A stretch of DNA of 64,000 nt from an uncultured Gemmatimonadales bacterium (GTDB lineage Bacteria; Gemmatimonadota; Gemmatimonadetes; Gemmatimonadales; GWC2-71-9): the NCBI GenBank assembly GCA_963730185.1, contig CAVSQW010000006.1, forward strand, positions 320,001-384,000, written 5' to 3'. The translations under genes were made by a program, and so were the position numbers. The notes beneath the pieces were generated by a model. It saw nothing but the letters and a program-made list of their open reading frames with translations. It did no database searches and was not told where the DNA came from. Of this stretch, positions 20,611-28,828 are shown in pieces (within the stretch, counting starts at the first letter, position 1; each line of letters begins with the position of its first letter).

Positions 20611-21389
20611 GCGCGCCAGGCCTGGAGCGCCGCGCCGAGCGCGGCGGTGTGAATTGGGTCGGCCACGATCCGGACCGGGGTCCCGGCCATCGCCTCCAGG
20701 GCATGGACGACCCCCGGGAAGTACTCGGCCACGCCGCCGCACGCCGCCACCGGCGCCTCCAGGCCACCGATCTCGACGATCCGCTCGGCGATCGAGTGCA
20801 TGCTGCCGAGCGCGACCTCCTCGCAGGTGGCACCGTCGCGGAGCCGTTCCAGGATCTCGGTGCTCGAAAAGACCGAGCAGTAGCTGCTCACCGGCACCGG
20901 TCGGTCGCCCCCGGCCGCCAGCTCCTGGAGCCGGGTCGGATGGACGTCGAGGTGGCGCGCCGTGAACATCAGGAAGCTCCCGATCCCGAGCGCGCAGCGG
21001 CGCGACCCTCGGGCGTCCCCTCGGATCCCACTCCGGTCGACGGCCACCACCTGGGGCTCCCGTCCTCCGATCACGATCAGGGTCGCCGCCTCTCCCAGAT
21101 GATGGAACGCACCCAGGGCGTGGCACGTCGCCTCGGTGGCCGTTGCCGAAGCCCCCTTCACGCAGGCGGCCCCAAACCCGGTGGCCCAGACGCCGTCGAG
21201 GTCGGCGGCGGCACGCTGGGCATCGTCGAGGGCTGCCGTCAGCACCTCGTAGGCACAGGCCTGGAAGTAGCCCCGGGTCGGTACCACGGCCCGGCCCAGA
21301 ACCCGTTCCCCGGCTCCGAGCACGACCGCCTTGACACACTCGGTGCCGACGTCGACGCCGGCCACGATGCGATTCGTTTGTTCCGTCAT
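20607..21389 (-). CDS. BadF/BadG/BcrA/BcrD-family ATPase with degenerate second ATP motif
   Basis: GVDVGTECVK, TGFG, CHALG, VIGGRE in place of DIGGQD, RRCALGIGSFL, SYCSVF. Confidence 0.82.
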   Translation of the reverse strand: MTEQTNRIVAGVDVGTECVKAVVLGAGERVLGRAVVPTRGYFQACAYEVLTAALDDAQRAAADLDGVWATGFGAACVKGASATATEATCHALGAFHHLGEAATLIVIGGREPQVVAVDRSGIRGDARGSRRCALGIGSFLMFTARHLDVHPTRLQELAAGGDRPVPVSSYCSVFSSTEILERLRDGATCEEVALGSMHSIAERIVEIGGLEAPVAACGGVAEYFPGVVHALEAMAGTPVRIVADPIHTAALGAALQAWRA

Positions 21390-21400
21390 CGGTCCCTCCT

Positions 21401-23680
21401 TCAACTCGCGGGGCCGGCGGCGTACGCCGCCCCCCGCCGCTCCAGGAAGTCGGCCAGCAGGGCGCTGACCCGCTCCCCGGAGAAGAGTCGCGGATCGTGC
21501 GAGTCGGCCTCGAGAACCAGGGTCGGTACCCCGGTCGACGCCGTCAGCTTGCCCGCCAGCCCGTAGCGGACGTGGCTGGTCTCGGGCGTGGTGCGGCAAT
21601 CGTGCAGCAGAGCGGCGTCGACCCCGTACTCGTGCAGCGCGGAGGCCAGGAACGCCGTCTGGAAGGCCTCGGAGCGGTTGGCGAAGACGGCGCTGTAGCT
21701 CCGCGCCAGGCTGCCGATCGGATCGATCGGGTCGAGTCCCTCCAGCACGAACGACTCGCAGAAGGTCGACGCGACGATGGCGGTGCCGGACTCCGCGAAG
21801 ATCCGCGACAGCGGCCGGAGCGCGCACCAGATCGGCGGCCCGTCCCAGTAGAAGCGGAACCGCTCGCCCGGCACGGCGGCGACCCCCTGCGCCACCCGCT
21901 CCGTCAGCTCGTCTCGAAGGAGCTCGTAGTACTCGACGGCCGCCGGGGTCCCGCGGAGCAGGACCATCGGCGTGACGTGGATCAGCGTGTCGAAGAAGGT
22001 GAAGGGCGCCGGCACCGCCCGGGCCAGATCCAGGATCTCTCCCCAGAGCGTCGCGGCTCGGGCGGTGCAGGTCACCAGCTCCGACAGGCGGTCGAGGTCC
22101 AGCCCGCGATGGGTGATCTCCTCGAGGCGGGATGCCATCCGCAGCAGCTGCTGGATCGCGGCGTTCTCGTCGATCCGCTCGAGCTCGCCCAGCGCGGCCG
22201 GAGGATGGAGCCCGATGACCGGCACGTGGTAGTGCGTCCCGTAGAAATCGAACCAGTTGACCAGCGCTCGCCCGATGTTGGTGCTGTAGACCACCACGTC
22301 CGGCCGGGGCGGACCGCTCACGCCGTGGGCGCTCACCAGCGGGCTGTCGCCGGCCAGCAAGGCGCCCACGTCGGCCCGCATCGCCGAGCTGGCAAACTGC
22401 GAATAGCCCTCGGCCGTGGCCCGGGCGATGTACTTGGCCGCCTGACCGCTCGCCCCGATCAGCGCGGCGTGATTTTCCGGGAGGTAGGGCACCAGGTCCA
22501 GCGCTCGGACCAGCTCCACCGGGCCCAAACTGGAGCAGACCGCCACCTGGCGGTCCGGATCCTCGGACGCCGCGTCGAGATCGCGGTAGTACTCGTGGAT
22601 CAGCTCCTTGAGGCGCCGGGTGCTCTCCAGCGGCGGCCCGCTCGCCGGGATCCCGCCATCGCCCACCCGGCGCGTTGCCCGCCGCGCCGCCCGGGACGAC
22701 GGGGCGGCCTGGGGCGTCGGCAGCGCGACCTTCCGGGCGATTTCCTGCTTTCTAAGGAAGGTCTGCCGCTCCCGCGAGTGGATGAAATGCACCAGCGCGG
22801 CACAATGAGGCGCCGACAAGCCGACCCGGTCCGCCTCGGTGACGACGGCGCCGTTGATCGCATCGACCTCGGTCCGCTGGCCTCGCGCCAGGTCCTGCCA
22901 CATCGACGGACGATTCTTCGCGAGGGCCGTGAGCGAGCCGATCAGCGGGCGGAACGGATCCTCTTCGTCGACGATCGGCACGCCCCGAGCCCGCATCACC
23001 GCGACGATCTCGCCGCAGAGATCGCGCATGAACGCCATCAGGTCTTCGTCGCCCATCATCTCCCGGCAGCTCAGACCGGTCAGCGCCGAGACCGGGTTGA
23101 TCACCGCGTTGTGCAGCAGCTTCTGCCACACCACATGGTCCACGTTCGGGACCACGTTGGTCTCCAGCCCCGCCCGGCGGAACACCGTCCCGATCGCCTC
23201 GATCTCCGGCGTGATCGCCCCGGCGAACGGTGCGATCTGGATCGGCTTGATGCCCGGCCGATACTGGAGCCGACCCGGACCGGAGTGTTGGATGCTGTGG
23301 TAGGTGATGCCGGTGAGAACCCGGGCCGGACCGACCAGCCCGGCGATGGTCTCCGCGTTACCGAAGCCGTTCTGCATCGAGAGAAAGCGGGTGCTCGCGG
23401 TGGTGGCAGCGAGAATTCCGCGGGTTGCCGCTTCGGTCTGGTAGCTCTTGACGGCGATGAACACCAGATCGAACGGCGCGAGGCCATCGATTGCCGTCAC
23501 CACCGACACGGGGAAGTTGGCCTCCGCCTCGCCCACCTTCGACACCAGGAGACCGAACTCGATCAGGTGGCGGGCCCGGGCCTGATTGGCCTCGAGCAGC
23601 ACCACGTCCTCGCCCGCCCGGGTCAGGTAGGCACCGACCATCCCGCCCAACGCTCCCGCGCCCACGATCAGAATTCGCAT
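21401..23680 (-). CDS. Fusion: ketopantoate reductase (PanE/ApbA) + 2-hydroxyacyl-CoA dehydratase/BcrB-like domain lacking the Fe-S cysteines
   Basis: N-terminal GAGALG, VKSYQT, MQNG, WQKLLHN, PSMWQD, TEVDAING. C-terminal PENHAA domain paralogous to 19366..20610. Confidence 0.8.
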   Translation of the reverse strand: MRILIVGAGALGGMVGAYLTRAGEDVVLLEANQARARHLIEFGLLVSKVGEAEANFPVSVVTAIDGLAPFDLVFIAVKSYQTEAATRGILAATTASTRFLSMQNGFGNAETIAGLVGPARVLTGITYHSIQHSGPGRLQYRPGIKPIQIAPFAGAITPEIEAIGTVFRRAGLETNVVPNVDHVVWQKLLHNAVINPVSALTGLSCREMMGDEDLMAFMRDLCGEIVAVMRARGVPIVDEEDPFRPLIGSLTALAKNRPSMWQDLARGQRTEVDAINGAVVTEADRVGLSAPHCAALVHFIHSRERQTFLRKQEIARKVALPTPQAAPSSRAARRATRRVGDGGIPASGPPLESTRRLKELIHEYYRDLDAASEDPDRQVAVCSSLGPVELVRALDLVPYLPENHAALIGASGQAAKYIARATAEGYSQFASSAMRADVGALLAGDSPLVSAHGVSGPPRPDVVVYSTNIGRALVNWFDFYGTHYHVPVIGLHPPAALGELERIDENAAIQQLLRMASRLEEITHRGLDLDRLSELVTCTARAATLWGEILDLARAVPAPFTFFDTLIHVTPMVLLRGTPAAVEYYELLRDELTERVAQGVAAVPGERFRFYWDGPPIWCALRPLSRIFAESGTAIVASTFCESFVLEGLDPIDPIGSLARSYSAVFANRSEAFQTAFLASALHEYGVDAALLHDCRTTPETSHVRYGLAGKLTASTGVPTLVLEADSHDPRLFSGERVSALLADFLERRGAAYAAGPAS

Positions 23681-23710
23681 GGTCCCGCTCCCGCCGCCCG
23701 ACTGCGCGGC

Positions 23711-24484
23711 TCAGCTGTTGCTCCAGACCGGCGCCCGCTTCTCCGCGAACGAGGCGATGCCCTCACGTACGTCGGCCAGGTTCATCAGCTCCCCGAGGAA
23801 GACCCGCTCGGCCTCGAGCCGAGCCGCCTCGAAGGGCCGATCGCCAAGGGTCCGAACCATCCGGACGTTGAGGCGCATGACGGCCGGACTCGCCCGGCCC
23901 AGGTCGGTCAACACCGTCGTCATCGCGGCGTCGAGCTCGCTCGGGGCGACGACCCGGGTCACCAGCCCCATCGCGTGCATCTCGGCCGCCGAATAGGTGC
24001 GTCCCGTCCCGGTGACCTCCACCGCCCGTCCCGCCCCGATCCGCCGGGCGAGCCACGCGACGCCCACCGGCGCGAAGAAGCCCAGGCGGATCTCGGGTTG
24101 CCCGAATGCGGCCCGGTCAGAGGCCAGCAGAACGTCGGCCATCATCGCGATCTCGAACCCGCCACCCAGTGCGGCGCCGTCCACCGCCATCACCAGGGGA
24201 AGCTCGATCGCCCCCAACCGGCGAAAGAGCCGGCTGAACGAACCGATCATCGCGGGAGCCTGCTCGGGGCGATGCTCGCCGACGTCGGCGCCGGCCGAGA
24301 ACGCCTTGCCGTTGGCGCAGATCGCCACCGCCGTGAGAGTGCGGTCCCGGTCGGCGCGCTCCAAGGCGGCCTCGAGCTGGTCCATCATGCTCGCGGTGAG
24401 GATGTTGAGGGGCGGGGCGTCGAGCGTGATTCGGGCCGTCGAGCCCGTCACCTCGTACTGCACCAGCGCGCGATCGTTCGCCAT
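23711..24484 (-). CDS. dch: Cyclohexa-1,5-diene-1-carbonyl-CoA hydratase
   Basis: Crotonase with PPLNIL, FSAGADVGEH, ALGGGFE, GQPEIRLG; bcr operon context. Confidence 0.8.
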   Translation of the reverse strand: MANDRALVQYEVTGSTARITLDAPPLNILTASMMDQLEAALERADRDRTLTAVAICANGKAFSAGADVGEHRPEQAPAMIGSFSRLFRRLGAIELPLVMAVDGAALGGGFEIAMMADVLLASDRAAFGQPEIRLGFFAPVGVAWLARRIGAGRAVEVTGTGRTYSAAEMHAMGLVTRVVAPSELDAAMTTVLTDLGRASPAVMRLNVRMVRTLGDRPFEAARLEAERVFLGELMNLADVREGIASFAEKRAPVWSNS

Positions 24485-24495
24485 GGAGCCCCCTC

Positions 24496-25245
24496 CTACA
24501 TGTACTGGCCGCCGTCGACCCGAATCACCGTCCCGGTGAGATGCCGGGCGGGTCCCGAACACAGAAAGGTCACCACCGCCGCCACGTCCTCCGGCGTCCC
24601 CGCCCGGCCGAGGGCGCTCTCGGCCAGGGCCCGCTCCCGAACTGCCGCCGGCAGGTCGGCCGTCATCCCGGTGGCCACGAGCCCGGGTGCCACACAGTTC
24701 ACGGTGACCCCGGCCGGCCCGAGCTCGCGCGCCACCGTCTTGGTCAGGGCGATGACCCCGGCCTTCGACGCCGCGTAGTTGGCCTGGCCGGCCTTGCCCC
24801 GGATCCCGTTGATCGACGCCACCGTCACGATCCGCCCCCGCTGCTGGGCCCGGAACCGCGGCGCCACCGCTCGACAGAAGGTGAAGCAGCCCTTGAGATT
24901 CACGGCCAACACCTGATCCCAGGCGGCCTCGGTCAACTTCCACACCACGCCGTCCCGGGTGATGCCCGCGTTGCAGACCAGGATGTCGAGCCCGCCCAAC
25001 TCCTCGACCGTACGGGTTACGGCCGCCTCCGCCTGGTCGAGACTGGTCACGTCCGCCTCGATCGCGAGCGCCGGCCGGCCTTCCGATCGGAGCCGGGCCG
25101 CGAGCAATTGCGCCTGGTCGTGGCCCGCGAGGTCCACGAGCGCAACCGGGCAACCCTCGCCCGCCAGGCTGGTGGCGATCGTCGCCCCGATCCCACGCCC
25201 GGCGCCGGTCACCAGCGCCACCCGACCCGCCAACTCCAGGTCCAT
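24496..25245 (-). CDS. Short-chain dehydrogenase (FabG/BzdZ-like)
   Basis: TGAGRGIG, NAGITRD, YAASK. Confidence 0.88.
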   Translation of the reverse strand: MDLELAGRVALVTGAGRGIGATIATSLAGEGCPVALVDLAGHDQAQLLAARLRSEGRPALAIEADVTSLDQAEAAVTRTVEELGGLDILVCNAGITRDGVVWKLTEAAWDQVLAVNLKGCFTFCRAVAPRFRAQQRGRIVTVASINGIRGKAGQANYAASKAGVIALTKTVARELGPAGVTVNCVAPGLVATGMTADLPAAVRERALAESALGRAGTPEDVAAVVTFLCSGPARHLTGTVIRVDGGQYM

Positions 25246-25247
25246 CG

Positions 25248-26204
25248 TCAGCCGAGCTTGGCGCCGCAGCCGCCACAGAAGGTGAATTCGGACGGGATCC
25301 CGGTGGCCCCGCAGGACGGACAATCGAGGGCGTACGGTCCCCAGAGGAACTCGCTGCTTCCCCCAGCAGCTGCTTTGACCCGGAGGGCCCGCGGGTTGGA
25401 CTTTCGCTTCTCGACGAAGGCCCGCATCCCTTCGTACGGCTCGACCGTCGTGAAATGGGTGGAGAGCCAGTCCCGGGCGTGGCCGATGGTGGCATACCAG
25501 GCGGACTCCTTCCAGTAGTTCACCTGCTGCTTGGTGTAGCGGGTGCACTCGGGGAAGGTCTCAAGCACCTTCTCGGCGATGGCCTGGACCTCGTCGTCCA
25601 GCTTGGCGCGGGGCACCACCCGGTTGACCAGACCCCACTCCAGCGCCTGCTGGGCGGGGATCTTCGGGTTGAGGAACAGCATCTCACGGGCTCGCCGGTC
25701 GCCCACGTGGATCGAGAGCCACTGGGTCGCGCCCCCGGCGGCCACGCTCCCGACGCTGCTGCCCACCTGGCCGAGGTAGGTGTCGTCGGCCATGACGGCG
25801 AGATCGCAGGCCAGCTGCGACTCGTTCCCCCCACCCACCGCCATCCCGTTGATCCGGGCGATGGTCACCTTGCCGTTCCGGAAGATGCTCTCCAGGTACC
25901 GGCTGAAGAGGCCCATGTACTTCCAGTAGTCCCGGGGCCGCTTGGTGTATACGGCGGCGTACTCCTTGACGTCGCCCCCGGTACAGAAGGCCCGGTCGCC
26001 CGCGCCCGTGAACACCACGGCGCCGACCTGATCGTCGCAGGCGGCGTCCTCGAAGGCCGTGATCAGCTCGCGCAGGGTGTCGGTGGTGTAGGCGTTGTAC
26101 GCCCCGGGCCGGTTGATCGTGACCCGGGCGACCATGTCTTTCTTTTCGTACAGGATGTCCCGGAAGCCGAAGCCGTCAGCCGGTTTCGAAGCAAAGTATT
26201 CCAT
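25248..26204 (-). CDS. oah: 6-oxocyclohex-1-ene-1-carbonyl-CoA hydrolase (ring-opening) with C-terminal zinc ribbon
   Basis: YNAYTT, FCTGGDVKEYA, YMGLF, GGGNE, GSVAAGGATQWL; tail CPSCG...FCGGCG. Confidence 0.78.
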   Translation of the reverse strand: MEYFASKPADGFGFRDILYEKKDMVARVTINRPGAYNAYTTDTLRELITAFEDAACDDQVGAVVFTGAGDRAFCTGGDVKEYAAVYTKRPRDYWKYMGLFSRYLESIFRNGKVTIARINGMAVGGGNESQLACDLAVMADDTYLGQVGSSVGSVAAGGATQWLSIHVGDRRAREMLFLNPKIPAQQALEWGLVNRVVPRAKLDDEVQAIAEKVLETFPECTRYTKQQVNYWKESAWYATIGHARDWLSTHFTTVEPYEGMRAFVEKRKSNPRALRVKAAAGGSSEFLWGPYALDCPSCGATGIPSEFTFCGGCGAKLG

Positions 26205-26227
26205 CGTCCGCTCGTCCTCTCGTCCCG

Positions 26228-27439
26228 TCAGTGTACGTTGACCTTCAGCACCACCGCCGCCGCGCTGTCACCGGCCGCACAACCGGTGAACAGGCCGTAC
26301 CCCCCGCCCGTCAGCGCCAGATCCTCGATCAGCTCGATCACCGACCGAAGTCCGGTCGGTCCCTGCGGGTGCCCCCAGACGAGCGAGCAGCCGCGCCGGT
26401 TCATCCGCTCGGGGTCGAGGCCCAGCTCGCGAGACAGATACACGTCGTTCACCGCAAACGGGTTATGGGTCGTGATCCCGGCGAGGTCCGCCGGGCCGAT
26501 CCCGGCGGCCTCCAAGGCCCGCCGCGCGGCCGGGACCGTGGCCATCGGCATCATCCCCTTGTCCACCCGGGCCTGGCCGAAGCCCCTGAGCTGGATCTCG
26601 ACGGCCGGGTCGCGGGCGAGAGCCCGGGCCCGTTCCCGCGACCCGGCCACCAGAAGGCCGGCGCTCCCGTCGGCAGGGTGGGTCTGGGTCCCGAAGGTCA
26701 CCGTGCCGTTCTCGAGCACCGGCTTGAGCCCAGCCAGCCCCGCCGCCGTCGTCCCGTGCACCCCTTCGTCTCCCGGGACGGTGGCAAGCACCTTCCGGCC
26801 GCGAGCGTCCTTGATCTCCACCGGGCGGATCATGTAGCGGGCCTGGAAGGCGCCGTCATCCGCGAGGGCGTCGGCGTACTGCCGGTATCGCAGCAACGTG
26901 ATCTCTTCCTGGGCCGCCCGGCTGATGTCCGCGGCCCGCGCCACGTTCTCCGCCGTCTGGAGCATCGAGTTCCGGGCCCAGGGATCGTGGCCGAAGCTGT
27001 CCAGCACCCAATCCTCCCGATCGCCCGTTCCTCCGGGGCCGGCGGGATTCGGGTAGTAGAGGTGTGGTCCGTTGCTGGTCCGATCGGCCGCGACCGTGAG
27101 GTGAACCGTCGCCGCCCCGCTCGCGACCTCGCCCGCCGCGTGGGCCAGGCATCGGGCCGAGGTCGCGCAGGCCTGGTTGATGGTGGGACCGGTCAGGTGG
27201 GGGAGCCCCGCCAGGCCGGCGAACCACGGCGCCCCGTAGAACGAGTACTTGCTCGGAATCGTGGTCCCGAAGCTCAGACCGTCGAGATCGGCCGGCGCGA
27301 CCCCGCGCGCCTCCAGCGCTTGATGCGCCAGGCTCGCGGCCAGAGGAATCGGCGGCTGGGTGGCGAAGCTGCCCTGCCAGGCACAAAACGGCGACGTCCA
27401 GTAGCCACCGTAGGGAATCCACACGTCATTGACCCGCAT
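26228..27439 (-). CDS. Thiolase of aromatic-degradation clusters
   Basis: IPYGGYWTSPF, QACATS, HNPFAVND, GHPQGPTG, GCAAGD. Confidence 0.88.
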   Translation of the reverse strand: MRVNDVWIPYGGYWTSPFCAWQGSFATQPPIPLAASLAHQALEARGVAPADLDGLSFGTTIPSKYSFYGAPWFAGLAGLPHLTGPTINQACATSARCLAHAAGEVASGAATVHLTVAADRTSNGPHLYYPNPAGPGGTGDREDWVLDSFGHDPWARNSMLQTAENVARAADISRAAQEEITLLRYRQYADALADDGAFQARYMIRPVEIKDARGRKVLATVPGDEGVHGTTAAGLAGLKPVLENGTVTFGTQTHPADGSAGLLVAGSRERARALARDPAVEIQLRGFGQARVDKGMMPMATVPAARRALEAAGIGPADLAGITTHNPFAVNDVYLSRELGLDPERMNRRGCSLVWGHPQGPTGLRSVIELIEDLALTGGGYGLFTGCAAGDSAAAVVLKVNVH

Positions 27440-28139
27440 CCGTGCCTCGCTTGGCTCCCGTGGACCGGAGGGTGGGACGACCCATGGCGGGTGCCAATCC
27501 ATGCTTCACGCCGTTCAGCACCAGCGCCACCATCTCCTCGCCCAATTCGTCGAGGGGCGCATCTCGGGTCGGATCGTACCACATGAACACCCAGTTCAGC
27601 ATGCCGAAGACGAAGAGGGTCGCGTGCCGGCTCTGACGGGACTCCGTCCCATCGCCCGCCGGGCCGTCCATCAGCTCGCGGACCCGCTCCGCCATCATCC
27701 GGTAGTAGCGCCGCCGGACCCCCTCCACCTCGTGATACGCCTCACCCTGGAGCGACTCGAGCTCGTAGGTGCAGACCTTCAGCTCGTTGGGATGGCGGGC
27801 GAAAAAGGCCAGGTGGCCGATCACCAGCCTCCGAAACCGCTCCTCGGGGGAGCCCGGCAGGGCGTCGATCCGTTCCTGCGCTTCGAGCAACTGAGCGAAG
27901 GTCCGGTATTGGATCTGGTAGAGCAGATCTTCCTTGCTGCGGAAGTAGTAGTACATCCCCCCCAGACTCTTGTCGGCTTCGCGGCCCACGTCCCGGATCG
28001 AGGTCGCCTCGAACCCCTTGTCCGCGATGAGGGCGGCCGCCCGTTCGAGGAGATGCTCGAGCTTCTGCTGCGTCGCGGCCCGGGGCCCGCGTCCCCGCCG
28101 GGCCAGGGCCGGTCCATCCTGGCGGCGTCCCTCCGTCAT
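27426..28139 (-). CDS. TetR-family regulator (KstR2/PaaR-like C-terminal domain)
   Basis: HTH KGFEATSIRDVG...GMYYYFRSKEDLL; FGMLNWVFMWY. Confidence 0.88.
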   Translation of the reverse strand: MTEGRRQDGPALARRGRGPRAATQQKLEHLLERAAALIADKGFEATSIRDVGREADKSLGGMYYYFRSKEDLLYQIQYRTFAQLLEAQERIDALPGSPEERFRRLVIGHLAFFARHPNELKVCTYELESLQGEAYHEVEGVRRRYYRMMAERVRELMDGPAGDGTESRQSRHATLFVFGMLNWVFMWYDPTRDAPLDELGEEMVALVLNGVKHGLAPAMGRPTLRSTGAKRGTDAGQ

Positions 28140-28189
28140 GCGACCTCGATCCAGCAGGAGGGGGCGAGGAGATGGGCGGACGTGAGGGG

Positions 28190-28345
28190 CCCCCGCCCCT
28201 TCAACCCGTTCAGGATCCTTTTGGGGATGATCGGTAGCTCCGTCACACGCACCTCACGGGCACCGTAGATCGCAGTGGCGATCGCCCCCAGCATGGGCAG
28301 CAAGGATCCCTCACCGATCTCTTTGGCCTCAAACGGTCCTCGAGC
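28190..28345 (-). pseudogene. C-terminal relic of a xanthine-dehydrogenase-family Mo subunit (possibly HcrA/HbaC)
   Basis: GPFEAKEIGEGSLLPMLGAIATAIYGA..VRVTELPIIP..IL matches the family C-terminal consensus; the rest of the gene is absent. Confidence 0.7.
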
Positions 28346-28369
28346 AGTGCACGCCATGTCCGGCGCCCC

Positions 28370-28828
28370 TCAGTCGGGCCCGGCGACAGCGCGCTCCAGC
28401 ACCAGCCGCGGGACCGGCATGAAGCGGGACCGACCGAAGAAGCCGAGGAGCTCGAGCTCGCTCCACGCTACCTCGGTCCGCAGTCGCTCGATCCGGAGTC
28501 CCGACAGATTGAGCAGCAGCTGTTCCAGCAGCGCCGTCGCGATCCCCTGACGGGCAAAGGCCCGGTCCACCAGGATCGTGTCCAGCACCGCGACCGGCTC
28601 GGGCTGGCCAAATTCGCCATAGTGCACCGAACCCAACAACGCGCCGACCAGGGTTCCGTCCATCTCGGCCCCCAGCGAGATGTTCACGTCGGTGTCGGCG
28701 AGGGCTCGCTGGATCTTGCCTTCGTACCAGGCGGGCCGCTTCCGCCCGCTGACCTGGAAATCCATGGTCACGAGCCGGGCGCAGTCGGCCAGCCGGAGGG
28801 CCCGGATCGTCAGTTCGTCGCCGCCCAT
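28370..28828 (-). CDS. GNAT acetyltransferase (BadL-like)
   Basis: VHYGEFGQPEPVAVLDTILV, RQGIATALL; directly follows bcrD. Confidence 0.8.
   Translation of the reverse strand: MGGDELTIRALRLADCARLVTMDFQVSGRKRPAWYEGKIQRALADTDVNISLGAEMDGTLVGALLGSVHYGEFGQPEPVAVLDTILVDRAFARQGIATALLEQLLLNLSGLRIERLRTEVAWSELELLGFFGRSRFMPVPRLVLERAVAGPD

Noticed and set aside
21497..24778. 1093-aa plus-strand ORF, and similar long ORFs such as 37852..41127 and 52475..54877
   Set aside because: Antisense shadows of real genes in high-GC DNA, with no domain motifs.
23711..25495. 594-aa ORF suggesting an extended dch
   Set aside because: The upstream part is an off-frame read of the SDR gene; the true start is 24484 with a GGAGG RBS.
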